64,000 nucleotides of DNA, taken from positions 541,483-605,482 of the forward strand of contig JAAOMT010000586.1 of assembly GCA_016748015.1 (NCBI GenBank), written 5' to 3'. Both the position numbers and the translations under genes were made by a program. Shown piece by piece: positions 1 to 12,179 of this stretch. Position 1 is the stretch's first letter. Each line of letters opens with the position of its first letter. Under the pieces are notes generated by a model. The model searched no databases. It had not been told where the DNA came from and saw only the letters and a program-made list of their open reading frames with translations. The stretch comes from Geosiphon pyriformis uo1 (Eukaryota; Fungi; Glomeromycota).

Positions 1-2
1 TG

Positions 3-77
3 GTCAGTCCCGAAGATATTCCCCAAAACTTAGAACCAATAGTTGTCATTGAACAACCTTCCAACCTGAACACTTAA
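3..77 (+). pseudogene. Probable C-terminus of the pol (integrase) ORF of an LTR retrotransposon running off the left edge
   Basis: Frame reads VSPEDIPQNLEPIVVIEQPSNLNT*. It lies upstream of an extra ORF, a PPT and a 3' LTR. No catalytic motif is in the window, so the call rests on position. Confidence 0.35.
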
Positions 78-193
78 TTTAATTTTACTAGTCATTTTCT
101 TATAATTTAGAAACAATTTCACAAAAACAAAAACAAAAATAACATAAAAACCCATACACCAAAAATAATTTTTATTTTTTTCAATTGCTTATA

Positions 194-913
194 ATGACTA
201 TTCCTCAAAACATTCAACAATTATCCCAAAAACTAATGTTAGCTTTAAAAACAATACCCGAATTATCTATTACTGTTACTGGAAACCACATAAATTATAC
301 CCAAACAGAAGTAGTTACAAATTTAGCCCCAAACTCATGAAAATATCATCCATATAAAAAGAACACAAGAAGTTATACTGGAATTCATCTGCCAGAACTT
401 TTAAAGCTTGCTTTAAGAAAAAACCTAATGCTCACTCCAATTAGTATTCCACCAAATGCTACAATTCAACAAAAACTTCAACTGTGTCTCAATGAGGAAA
501 ACACTGAATATTCTCCAATCTATAGATATTTTCACATTGGAAAAACACTCTACGAATGGAAACTGGAACTTACAACAGCAAACCTCACAAAAGAAGCTAT
601 TCAGAAACAACTTCACAACGAATTCAAGACAACAACTGGATCAACAAACAGTTGCTACAGGCTTAGAGCTGCTCTTAGACTTTATGACCTATTCTACACC
701 TGTGAAAACATACTACAAAACCCAATTTTTTAACCTTTGAAGATTCAATACATTGGAAAGCTCACAGAACTGAAATTTCAACAATTTTCAGACCAAATTT
801 CTTCAATAATTTTGGATTATTATCTGGAAATAACAGACAGTACTTGGACTTTGATAGAGCTCAGTCTTGAGGAGGAGGTTATGTTACCAGACGAAATTAG
901 AGATATTATTTAG
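194..913 (+). pseudogene. Extra ORF (~240 codons, unknown function) between pol and the 3' LTR of the LTR retrotransposon
   Basis: One frame from ATG 194 (MTIPQNIQQL...) to TAG 911-913, containing listed ORF 428..733. Only two internal stops, TGA 338-340 and TAA 731-733, each explainable by one C->T. The ORF runs through the PPT into the LTR. Confidence 0.6.
869..878 (+). other. Polypurine tract (PPT)
   Basis: GAGGAGGAGG ending 3 nt before the TG start of the LTR at 882. Confidence 0.75.
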
Positions 914-1333
914 CATGAAATTATCTTATAATTTCTATCATTAATTAGCATATATTATCGTTCCAAATGATCACTTATCACATTAGCAAAAATGTCCGAA
1001 ATTATCATTTAATTAATAACTCAAATTGTACNNNNNNNNNNNNNNNNNNNNCTGTAGAAGAGTTGACTTTCACAGCAAAGTAACTACACATTTTTAGTGA
1101 GCTTCCAGACGAGCAATTCCTGGGAAAGAGTTGACGTTTACTACAACATAACTACATAAAGCAACTGGCACGGAATTGGCCATTCCACTTATAAGCCCAG
1201 CAGTTCAAATTATAGAAGATAATTTGAAGATAAATTCAGTTACTGGAGGTTCAACCACATCCAGAAAACGTGAATTCACAGTAAATAAGTATCAACAACA
1301 TTACAGAAAAGAGACCAAAAACCTCCAGTAACA
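882..1333 (+). mobile_element. 3' LTR of an LTR (Gypsy-type) retrotransposon inserted in the 3' part of a LINE; contains an assembly gap
   Basis: TGTTACCAGA...CCAGTAACA ends. Both sequenced parts align near-identically to the solo LTR 20239-21220. Preceded by a PPT; LINE ORF2 sequence resumes at 1334. Confidence 0.9.
1032..1051. other. Assembly gap (20 N); true size probably ~550 bp
   Basis: The flanks match positions up to 20388 and from 20939 of the solo LTR. Confidence 0.85.
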
Positions 1334-4300
1334 CCAGCCAAATATTATTTCTAAAAGACAGGCACAAATCATGAACAAACTCAACCATCTTATCAGATGC
1401 AGTCTTAAAGTTATCAAAGCAGAAAGCAGCTTCCTAGTACCAATCCACGAGCACAAAACTTTTGCACAGTAAAACAACCAGTTTCAAATCAGCCAAACAA
1501 TTGAATAACATTTGTGACATATAAGAAAAGGCATGGGATAGACCAGAAATAGCTTTCCAAGCAGAAGCAAAATTAATAAACAATTGAAGCCAAGTAGTTG
1601 CATCAAATGCACAAGAAAAAACATGGTTTGACATTTCAACATTGCCACAATACAGGCACATCACACTGGAATAACGTTTATCATAGAGATGTTTGTAAAC
1701 AGCAACAAGTAGTCTATGGTGTAATGCTTTCATAAAATAAGAACAGAAGCCAGCAGAGTGGCAACTTGTAAAACCAGCAGCCATATGGAAGTCAAAATGC
1801 CAAACAAGAGACGATTTAAACTAATTAATATCTGTAAGCAGATGACTGTCCACAATTTTGGCACCAGAGCCTAATTCCCAGCATGCATAATGAATAGACT
1901 AAAAAACATCACAAACAAAGTGTTTAGAGTTTCCAAAAACAATACTGCCATTAGCCAAAACAAAGCATTTTTTGAGCTGGAAAGGGAGGAGCCAGCCTAA
2001 ATAAGAAGAAACATCAGCAAGCAAGTCAGTCCAATCATTACCCAAAACACCTAAGTGTCCTTTAATCTTATACCAGCCAACATTCAAATTTCTTTTACGT
2101 ATGATGCTAACAATGTGCCAATGTTCAATCCAATATTTGTTTCAAAAATCCAGAGCCAACAACAATAATTTAGCTTTATACACATTCAAAACAGCTTGGC
2201 TGTCAGAAAATAGACAGACTAAACTCAAACTAAACACACACTCAAGGGCCAACACAATGGCCTGAAGCTCTATCAATATAGAAGGCACCATACCAGTCAC
2301 TTTTACTCCAAGACCTAAGTTAATGTTCTCAAAGAATGCAGCAGTGCCAGCTTTTATATTAACACTCCCCAAGCTACAAAGAGAACCATCCATGTACATA
2401 GAAAAGCCAGAGGCATCAATGTCAGACAATCAACCACACACTAACCTAAACTTATAAGATTCAAGAATGTTCTTTACAGCAGCATCATCCAAAGGGAAAG
2501 AGCAGACATCAAGAAAACCAGAATCATAAAGATATCAAATGGCAATAACAAACCAGACAGGAACAGGACCATGTGAGTCAAGTCTTTTCTACCACTTAAA
2601 AGTCTTCCAGTCAAAGACAGCACCATTTCAGCACCAAAACTGCTCAACAAAAGCAATTCCATAATAATATAGAAAGGAAAGGCATCTGAAATACATTAAC
2701 TCACTGAGAATACCAGACAAAAGAGTTCCATACCAGAAGCAAAAAGCATTACACATAAGATTGTCCAAAGATAAACCAGAACTGAGAAAGACCCGAATTA
2801 CACCTGCCAAAAAGTTGTTCAAAGAATTAACACTAGTGTAAACTGGAAAACACAAAGGATACACAGAACACCAACTCAAGATCTGTAAGTTGTGTGACCT
2901 ATGTGTGAACAATTGGCCCAAAATCCCAACAGAGTTAGCAAAGCATACCACAGCAGCAACCTTGCCTTCAGCTTGGATCTGCTCAAAAGTCTTTAAGCCA
3001 TAAAATAAGGAATAGTGCAAGACATTATTAGGAAAGTCTAGGAGCAGACCCAATTTTAATTTTAGGCCTTTCTGAATTAAAACATCCTACTTTTGGCACA
3101 CACTAGCAGAAATGAAGCTAAACTGGGTCCTGTAACCAATGATAAGATGAAAAACTACTGAAACCAAATAAGAGAACTGTTTGTCTGAAATTGCTTTCTT
3201 TAGAACAAGATTGGCAAAAAACTGAACATCCAAATGCACTTTAGCCAAACTAAGCTTAGATAATTTATCAGAAGAAAGAAAAATACCCAGATATTGGTAA
3301 GACACCCTTTTTTTGATGATGGAAATAGAAGCATCACTAATAGATAAAAAAGAAGCCACCACTTTACAATTAATCAGGATTGCTACAGTTTTGTTGTTGT
3401 TGATTGAGATATCATTTATCCTGAAAAATTCACTGGCAACATTGAGAATATGTTGTGTAGCCATCTAACTAGAACCAACTCATATAGTATCATCAACAAA
3501 TGCATCTGCAGTAAGAAAAAAGGTCAAACTATCTTAGGGATCTATGTGACCAGTCTTGGCAACATAATACAAATTCAGCCTATAACCACACACTGCTTCT
3601 TGTTTTTTTACCTTGCACAGCAAAGTGTCATAAAAAATATGCCAAAGGAAAGGTGAAAACACTTTCCCCTAATCCAAGTCATTATAAACATTATAACCAT
3701 CAATCAGTCCAAAATTGGTTATTACTTTGTTCATGCAGCCATTGTGAATACTCCCAAAAAATTTTATGAATCTACTGCACATTTTGATTCTGACCAAACT
3801 TTTCCTCAGATGTTCTCAACCAACCAAGTTATATGCTTTCCTCATGTCTTGCAAAACTAACCAAAGTTCACAATTTTTTTCTAAAGCATTTTTTACCACT
3901 AAACCAATAGCAAAAATAGGAAACTGTGTTGTTATACCTTTATGAACTGAGAAGTTGTCATTATGAAAAATATTATACTTACTACATGTCACAGAAATTT
4001 TATCAGAGAGGATCTTAGAAAAAATTTTATGAGCAGTTTCAATCAGTACTATGGATTGGGTGTTTGTAAGAACTCCTTCCCAGTTATAGGATTTAGAAAT
4101 CATAGACACCCAGGCCTCCTTTCAAGGACCTGGAACAGATTCACAAATCAAACAAGAGTTCAAAAGCACCAAAAGTGAATCCAGAACAGACCTGTTACAA
4201 TGTTTCTATAGCTCATTTGTAATACCAGAAAGGCCAGCAGCTTTATTATCAGGCAAACTCAAAATCACACTAAAAAATTCTTCCATCTTAATTGGGTGCA

Positions 4301-5803
4301 TAACATTCAAAAAGGCATCATCAAAGACATATTCCAAGAGTTGAAATTGGCAATGCCATTTATTTGAAACATTGTCAACCATCACATGTTTTCTGGTCCA
4401 GCCCTTTATAATTCTATCGACATAAAATTTAACCAAACCAGGCTCCAAAATGAGATCCTTATTTACAATCAGGTGATTCAATGTAACTTTGTGAAATGGC
4501 CATTCAAGTACATTTCTAATAGTTTGGCCCTTATTCAATTCAAAGTTTTCTATCTTTTTGTCAATTGCTAGCCTGATTTGAGAGTTCCTAGCATGTTTTG
4601 ATTTTATCATCTTGAGAGAACAATAAAACTTTCTAATTTTTGCCAAGCTGATCTAATAGCATCAAAATGAGATCCCAAAAGAAAAAAAGATTTGATAGCA
4701 GTAGCATTAACAGAGTCCAAAGACACCCAAACATTTAACAAGAAAACAAACTCATTAGATAACACAAAACGTAAAGTCTTCACCAACTTAGAAACCAAAA
4801 GTTCCAATCTATAGTAGTGGGAAGAACACTTGGTAAAACCACCATCAAAATTTTTAGACCAGGTTTTTGAGAAAACTTCATTTGCTAAGAAACAAATGGC
4901 TTTGTAAACAACACTCCATATGCTGTTTAGATCAGACGAACAATAAGAATCTGTAAACTTATCAGAAAACATGGCAAAATTATCACAAGATGCAGTCCTA
5001 TACTACTCCCATTTAACCCTATCAGCATTTTTGACATTAAATTTCCACTTGTTTTTATTGGCTTGAACACAAATAGCCCTTAAGACAGGATCTAAAATTC
5101 CACCAAGACCAATTGTAATTTGAACAGAACTATAATCAGTGCTAAAAAACTCATCCACATCCACAACACACTCATTTACTAAAGCATTACTTAAACTTTG
5201 TGAAACAAAAATGTAATCAATGGTCTTCTCAACACTCCTAGAATTCCTCCAAGTAGAAGTCTTAATGTAAGAACTATTAACTAATATATTGACTAGACCT
5301 AGCTCCACACATTTATTAAAACTAAAGCTATGTTTGTTCTCATCCTCATTGAAATTACCACCTAAAATAACAAAAGTACTTTTATTACAAGCTCTGGCTA
5401 TAAAAAAATTAATGAGACCAGCCTGGATTATATGCCTATCCAGAAAAGCCTCTGCATATAAACCCAACACAGAAACAGATTGTTTGTTTTTGAATAGCAA
5501 ATAGACCATCAAAAATCTACTTGGAATCTCAGAGATTTTTGAAACATGTTTGGCTAAATTTTCATTCATGATTAAAGTAATACCTGCACCTAAAAACCCA
5601 GCATCCAGACCTAAAGTAAACATCCTTACATCAGAAAACTTATTCACAATCCAAGACTTGACACTGGAGCAAAGCTTAGTCTCAATAACTATTGAAATGT
5701 CATTATTCAAAACTATGTGCCATCTAATAATGTTATTCTGCTTAACAGAAACATTCATATCTTTAACATTACAAGTAGCAATTTTCCAAGCTAAACTACT
5801 TAT
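1334..5803 (-). pseudogene. LINE A ORF2 (APE endonuclease, reverse transcriptase, RNase H, zinc knuckle)
   Basis: Collinear fragments 5003-5758, 4607-4972, 4206-4646, 3816-4109, 3087-3464, 2628-3053, 2142-2429, 1899-2087, 1434-1784. Confidence 0.9.
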
Positions 5804-7625
5804 TGGGAAAGGGAAGGGGTTACTATACCACTGCCAGAACCAAAAGAGTCCAATTTATTCAATATCATCTTAACTGAATTCCCTAAAACTGCCAAGTTAG
5901 CCTTTAGGCCACCTACTTTCGCAGTTAAAACACAAAAACCACTTGAAGAAATGTTCTGGGAGACAGCAGTGACTACATTAGGCACAGAAGAAATAAACAA
6001 TGGAGCATTAACAGCCATGTCCAGTACTAGATTATGTTTGGAGGTGAGAGAAACAGTAAAACTTGCCAACAAAACAGCCAGCAATCTGTTCAGTTTACAT
6101 AAAATGTCAGCCATCTAGTCAGACACATTTTTAAGCAAACACTCAAGAACATTAACACATAAAGCCAGAATTATAACCACAGGCATCAAACTGTCAACTG
6201 AATCTATGCTCAAATTGTTCTCAATAAGCAGTATAGAATACAAATTTGTAGGGAAGCCACTTATCACAGAAGCCCAAGTCACACCACCAAAGAAGACTGG
6301 ATGAAACACGGGAGCTTGTTTTTTGGCATAGATGAACACAAGGCATCTCTTATCTGAATTGGAACAAAGTTTTTTTTTTTGAAACTCTGCTCAAAGTTTT
6401 TTTTACTATTGTCATATCCAGAAGAAATATGACCAAAATTACCACATACAGCACACTTAAGAGAAGACAGACCAGCCCAGACAAGGTTGACACCCTTAAA
6501 CACTGGTGTAAAGCAGATGACAGTCTCTTTGGCAACTTCAGTATCAAAACATATAACAGCACAGTAGGCTCGTACATAAAATACCAAGTTCCTAGAAATA
6601 TAACAAGTCTTCTCACTATATGACTGGATCAGATCCGAAAGATTATAAACAGTCATGCCCATTGGCAGAGTATATAGGAGAGCATGATAGCTGTCCCTTA
6701 AATCCCATATCTGTTTGTTAATATTGGCTTTGGCAATATGTGCCAAGTCCTTATCCAGCAAAATTAACCATTTGGATGCAACCAGGTCAGTGATCTGAGA
6801 ACTCTTAAACTTTACTAGTGCTTTCTGCCAGAGACCAATCAGCTGCATTTTGATTGAAAAAATTTTCCCATACTTGACCAAAGCTGACTCAATTGCCAAT
6901 TTGGACAGATTGACTAGAATTTTTTTAATAATGATTTCTTGATCCAATCATATACTGATCTTCTTTAGATTAGCATTGACAACAAAATTCTCAGACACAG
7001 CCAACTGTTTAACCATAGTGAGACTGGATTCAAATGTGAAAGACACCCTAACAATGCCTAGAAATTTTGATGGAGTTGATGCATCCCCAAAACTGTCAAT
7101 TTTGTAGAATAGCTTTCTAACACCCTTGAGTTTGTCATATAGAGTACTTTCGAGAACAGCCAACAGACCAATGTCAAGTACAAAAGATTCAGTCAGTTCA
7201 AAGCAAAGTTTCTTCTTGACAGAAGCAACTGAATGAAGAGGGGATTCCAAAAGAACAGGAAAAGATAAGTTCATATTGACATTGTTAATGATAGAGCCAA
7301 AATCACAGAAACCTAAAGATAGAGCCTTTATTGCACCAGAATTGAAGCATTTAGCCTTTGGGGTGTTGATACAAGAGTTCAGTGGCCCATCACTCTTACT
7401 GTCAACACTATAACCCAAGTCTTTGTCCATTTCATGCCCTAACTTTTTGTCAAAAGAGATATCCATGTTTTTCTACTAGCTGGAATCACTTGCAGGTACT
7501 TTGAAAGACAAATCAGTTTTGTTACCCAAGTGTTTAACTTTTTCAAGCAAAATCTTTGATTTTTGTCTCAGACTACCATTTACAGAGCTTGTAATAGCAT
7601 TTCTGGCCAATTTTTTTGTGGACAT
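5800..7625 (-). pseudogene. LINE A ORF1 (gag-like, RRM-like region + CCHC knuckle)
   Basis: Fragments 6948-7466, 6279-6947 (CAVCGNFGH), 6115-6339 and 5800-6114 are homologous to ORF1 of the other copies. Confidence 0.85.
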
Positions 7626-7923
7626 AGTGTTGATAGTATTAGATGTCAAAGAGACAACAAAAGAGTTGGTAAGTTGAGAAATTGTGAAAACCAAGCAAAA
7701 ATAAAAGATAAAAACAGATATAAAAAACAAAAAACAAAAACTTCTTTAAAAAATGTGCTATTTCAGAAATTTGGAATATAGGAGAGAAAGAAGTTTTTAC
7801 AATTGCTTATTGCCAAAATTGTAAAGAAGTTGAACTTAAAAAATCTTTTAGAATTTGGTTGTTTTGTCAAAACTTGGTTAATTTTTAATAGTGCTAAAAC
7901 TTCTAAAATTAATGGCATAGTTT

Positions 7924-8895
7924 TTTTTTTTTTACGTTTATTGAGTGAAGTCCAAATACAACCTAGAACTATACATCATACAAATGATTTAAACTAGGTA
8001 CGAATCATGCTTTTTCTACATGTGACTAGTCACTCAGACCAATCAAAATGACACTATTTATTTATATACACAGAGACTACGTTACTAATACCTAAGAGAA
8101 ACTGACGAGACTTACATAACCCAAAACTAATACTATGTGCATTGGTAATACCCAGTAACCTAACCACACCAGCTGAAAGCATCGAAGGAAAACCAGAGAC
8201 CAAGATGGGAATGGAGCTATCACGTGGAATCAGCCCATTCTTTTTCATAAAAGCCTGATGTTTGGCCCGAACCAGCCAAAAGCCTTCCTGGAAAGCAACA
8301 CATAATTCGCATACAAAATTCACTATATTTAAACTTGCAACTTTGGGATCCTTAAAAACAGAAACTGACTTATCAAACCACTCACTGAATACAAAGCTCT
8401 TACACAGAGCAGCACAAATATCCACATTAACAGCACAATCAAATAGTAACTAAGACACACATGAAGAAGAACGAGATAACCCAAAGCATACCTCCCAAGC
8501 AGAAGCATGAGTATTCATCAACCAAACATGATCAGCAGCATCAAATGGGCAAGAAAAGACATGATCTGAGACTTCAACATCTCCACAGAACAAACACACC
8601 ACACTGGAATAAAGTCTACTATAAAGATGCTTATGCACAGCAACTGGAAGCTAATGATGTAAAGCCTTCATGAAATAAGAACAAAGACCAGCAGTCTGCA
8701 CACTAGTAAAGCCAGCAGCCAAGTGGGAATCTGGATGCCAAACCAATGATGACCTGGGCCAATCAATATCAGCATGCAGACTGGCCGCCATAACATGGAA
8801 ACCAGAACCAACCTTCCAACGTGCACAATGAATAGAATAGAAAACATCATGAACAAAATGTCTAGAATTACCAGAAATTGCAATATCACCAGCCT
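7924..8895 (-). mobile_element. 5'-truncated LINE (ORF2 C-terminus + 3' UTR + polyA)
   Basis: PolyT run to 7933, family 3' UTR, ORFs 8054-8425 and 8450-8638 (CLFC...HVFSC). Target-site duplication CATAGTTT at 7916-7923 and 8896-8903. Confidence 0.88.
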
Positions 8896-10308
8896 CATAG
8901 TTTAAAATAATATAAAATTAATAAATATTATTAAATATTTGTCTATAGTTAGAAAAAAATACAAAAAGTCTAAGTACTATAAATTAAAGCATCTAAAAAT
9001 ATATCTATTAGAAAAACATTTAAATAGTATATAAAAATTTTTTATTTTAACAAAGAGCAAATAATAAAGAGTATTTTGAAATGGCTTTTTTACAAAGTTA
9101 TTTTAAATTATATAGTAATTAGGGAAAATTTGGTTATAAAATCAAATAAAATAAAGCTTAAAATCAATAAAATCATAGAAAAATAAATAAAAAAGTCGGT
9201 TTATATTCTCAAAAATACTTAATTATTGGTCTTATTAATATATGTTTTTGGATTATATAGACAATAATATTTTTTTTAATGTAATAAAAAAGATTAACAC
9301 AAATAAATTGGTTTTAATAATTAATAATCTATCTAATAATAAAGTTGCTAAGCTGTTTAGAATATTAAATAAACTTTAAAAGTATTATAGTAAAGTTATT
9401 AAAGTGTCTTTTGAATTTATTGAATTCTTGTTTGTTTTCTAATAATATTTTAGTTTCTTAAAGAAAATATAAGTTTTGATAATTTTCAAGTTTTATAAAT
9501 AAAATAATATTTTAACAAATATTCAACTTATTGTATTAATTAAAACAACCAAAAAAAATTTGTTTAAAATTTTTTTTGATTAAATTTTTTTTGTGTATAG
9601 CAAATTTAGTATTTTTTAGTATAATAACTTTTTAGTATTAAAAAGTATTTTAACTTAATCTTCTATTTTTGTTATTGGATCAATAATTAAAGATGATTTG
9701 AAAAAAATAGAAAACTATAATTAATTTTATAAGATATATATAAAGCTTATAACTTAATTAAATAATATTATCTAAGAGTTAGCATACAGTATATTAAGAT
9801 ATACAGTTAGTTTATTAAGTTTTTTGGCAATATACATAAAAACAGAATTAATAAAATAATAATTAATTTTGGGCTTTTAAATAATTACAAAATACATAAT
9901 AAGTTAAATTAAAATAAAAATTTTTCACTTTTTTTTTGAAGAATTTTTTATAATTTTTTCTTGTATAAGATCAAAAAACATAAACATTTATATGAGTACT
10001 GAATTAATACCAAGTTTATGGCCAAGACTGACAAAATAAAAGATAATAAAAAAAAATGTCATTTTTTATTGTGAATACTTTTGTTAACAATATAATTTGG
10101 ATTAAAAGTTATTAAACTTTTATACAATATATTTTGGATATTGCTAGTAAGTTTTTTATAATTTAGTCAAAATTAATAAAAAAATACCAAACTTTTTCTT
10201 TCTCTCTTACTTTTAAAAACCCCAACGAGTTATTTTTCTGAAGAAAAAGTTTTTGTTTCTCTCTTTTAGTATTATATCAATATTTCTTTAACTAATAATC
10301 CTTTTGTC

Positions 10309-12179
10309 ATGGATTCAAAGGCTGCTTCTAATGACAGCATGTTTAGTAAGAAGGCATTTAAGGGCGTGTTTCACAGTCCTGCTGGTGGTTCCTTTTCACA
10401 AAAAAAGAAGGCTTCTCTTGGTAATATTAAACACTCTGGTAATGAAAAGATATCTCTTTAAAGTCTGGTTCTGGTACTAGTGTATATTCCGATGTAGAAA
10501 GCATTTCTGATGATGATGAAGATATCAGTATGTCTGGTGGTTTTGATGGTTCTTTCTTGGACTCAGCTGTTAACACTCTCAAGGCTAAACATATGAATAC
10601 TGGTGCAAATTTTGGTTCTCCTATTGGTTCTCTTGACTTTAAGATGGATAAAGAAGTAGAGCCCCTTCCGCCCCCCCTTATGAAGAAGGTTCCTTTGAAT
10701 AAGATTTGGATTAATCTCAAAATCATCAAAACTCCTGTAGAGGTGGCAGTTAAGAAATCTTTTGCCTTAGATATCAATCTTTCAGCTATTGAAGGCAAAT
10801 CGGCGATGGCAAAAACTCAATTAATCAGGAAGATTTTTTCAAAAATCAATGGTTTTGGGAGGGCCACTACCTTCTTAAAATTTGAAGGGATCATCTGATT
10901 GATGTTTACATCTGAGGAGAACATGAAGAAAGCTGTGTTATTGGCCGAAAAAGAAGAGATTGTTATAAACAATGATGTGAGGAAACAAGAGCTTCATTCA
11001 GATTGGGCTGTGGTAATCAAAGAAATTCCCATGAATACGCCAAAAGAAATGATCATTACTGCAGTTTTTGAGTTTGGGCAAATTAAGTCGATCAAAATCC
11101 AGTTGGTTGGTATGTGGCAGAAGGCTGTGGTAGAATTTGCCGATTCAAATCAGACTATGCAATTGGCTTTAAGATGGTTGTTCCTGATTGGGAAAGATTC
11201 GGTTCATGTGGCCATAGCCGTGGAAGATCACGATACATGGACTTCCAGAGATCAGTTTAGAGCGTTGTTGTTTATTTTGCCGGTGGGAACAATTGCACAT
11301 GACCTTGGCAATTTTTTAGAAAAGGCCGGTGGAAAAACTTGCATCATCAATTGTTCATTGGAAACTGGCAATAAATTTCATTGTGCTGTGGTTGGTTTTG
11401 AATCTAACAAAGGGTTGGATTCTGCTTTTCTCACTGAGCCTATTTTCAGTGGGGTGCATCTCTTATGGGCTAGGTTGAATTTGGTTTGGTGTGGGAAGTA
11501 TAGGCATATTGGCCATTCTATTCTGGAGTGTGTTGCATCAGTTGAGTCATCTTCTGGCCTTCCAAATACATTTATGAAGTCTGCTTCTGGTTTTGATTGT
11601 CTCCAGTTAGCCAGGTTGTATGCAAAAAAAAATGTTCCTATCTCTTGTCCTGCTGTATTTGGCAAAAAATCATGGACCCAGATGGTGTCTCTTGCCTCCC
11701 CTTCTGATGGCTCTTTTTCTGGTTCTGGTTCACTCTCTAGTGGTAAGCCTCTCTCTTTCGGTTTTTCTGGCCCTCAGGTCAATGGTTTAGGTGATTGTTT
11801 GGCAGTTCTGGAGCATTCTTTGGAAATTTTTTCGGATCAGGTGTTTGTTATTCTTAAGAAGTTGAGTTTTGTTGATTTGGTGCCTTTGGTGTCCACTTCT
11901 TGTGCTCTTCCTGCGGCTGGTTCGGTGCCTTCAGCTCTGGTTGCGGGTTCGAATATGGCTCTAGATAATGTGTTGGCTCCGTCCGCTTTCTTTCTGTCTA
12001 GTTATAATGAATCTGCTGCTGGTCTTAGTTTGAGTGGTTCTAGAGTGCTTACCTCCAAGGTGGGTGGTTTGGAATTCAAATTGTCTGCTCTAGAGGCTTT
12101 ATTCAGTTCGATCCTGGTGAGACTGGATCTCTTGTGTTCTGGTTTGGGCTCGTCCTTTCCCCTTCATTTCAATGAGTGA
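10309..12179 (+). pseudogene. LINE B ORF1 (gag-like)
   Basis: ORFs 10530-10898 and 10899-12179; IKIQLVGMWQKAVVEF RRM-like segment; degenerate CGK..H....C knuckle. Confidence 0.88.

Larger units (their letters stand above)
1334..7797 (-). mobile_element. LINE copy A (ORF1 + APE-RT-RNaseH ORF2), decayed; 3' end cut off by the LTR element
   Basis: 5' motif AAAACTTCTTTCTCTC shared with copy C. ORF fragments show APE (ETKL, GGNFNE, IDYIF), RT (LQDMRKAY), RNase H (YMDGS, ELQA, DSQA, KGH) and a C-terminal CLYC..H..C. Confidence 0.92.
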
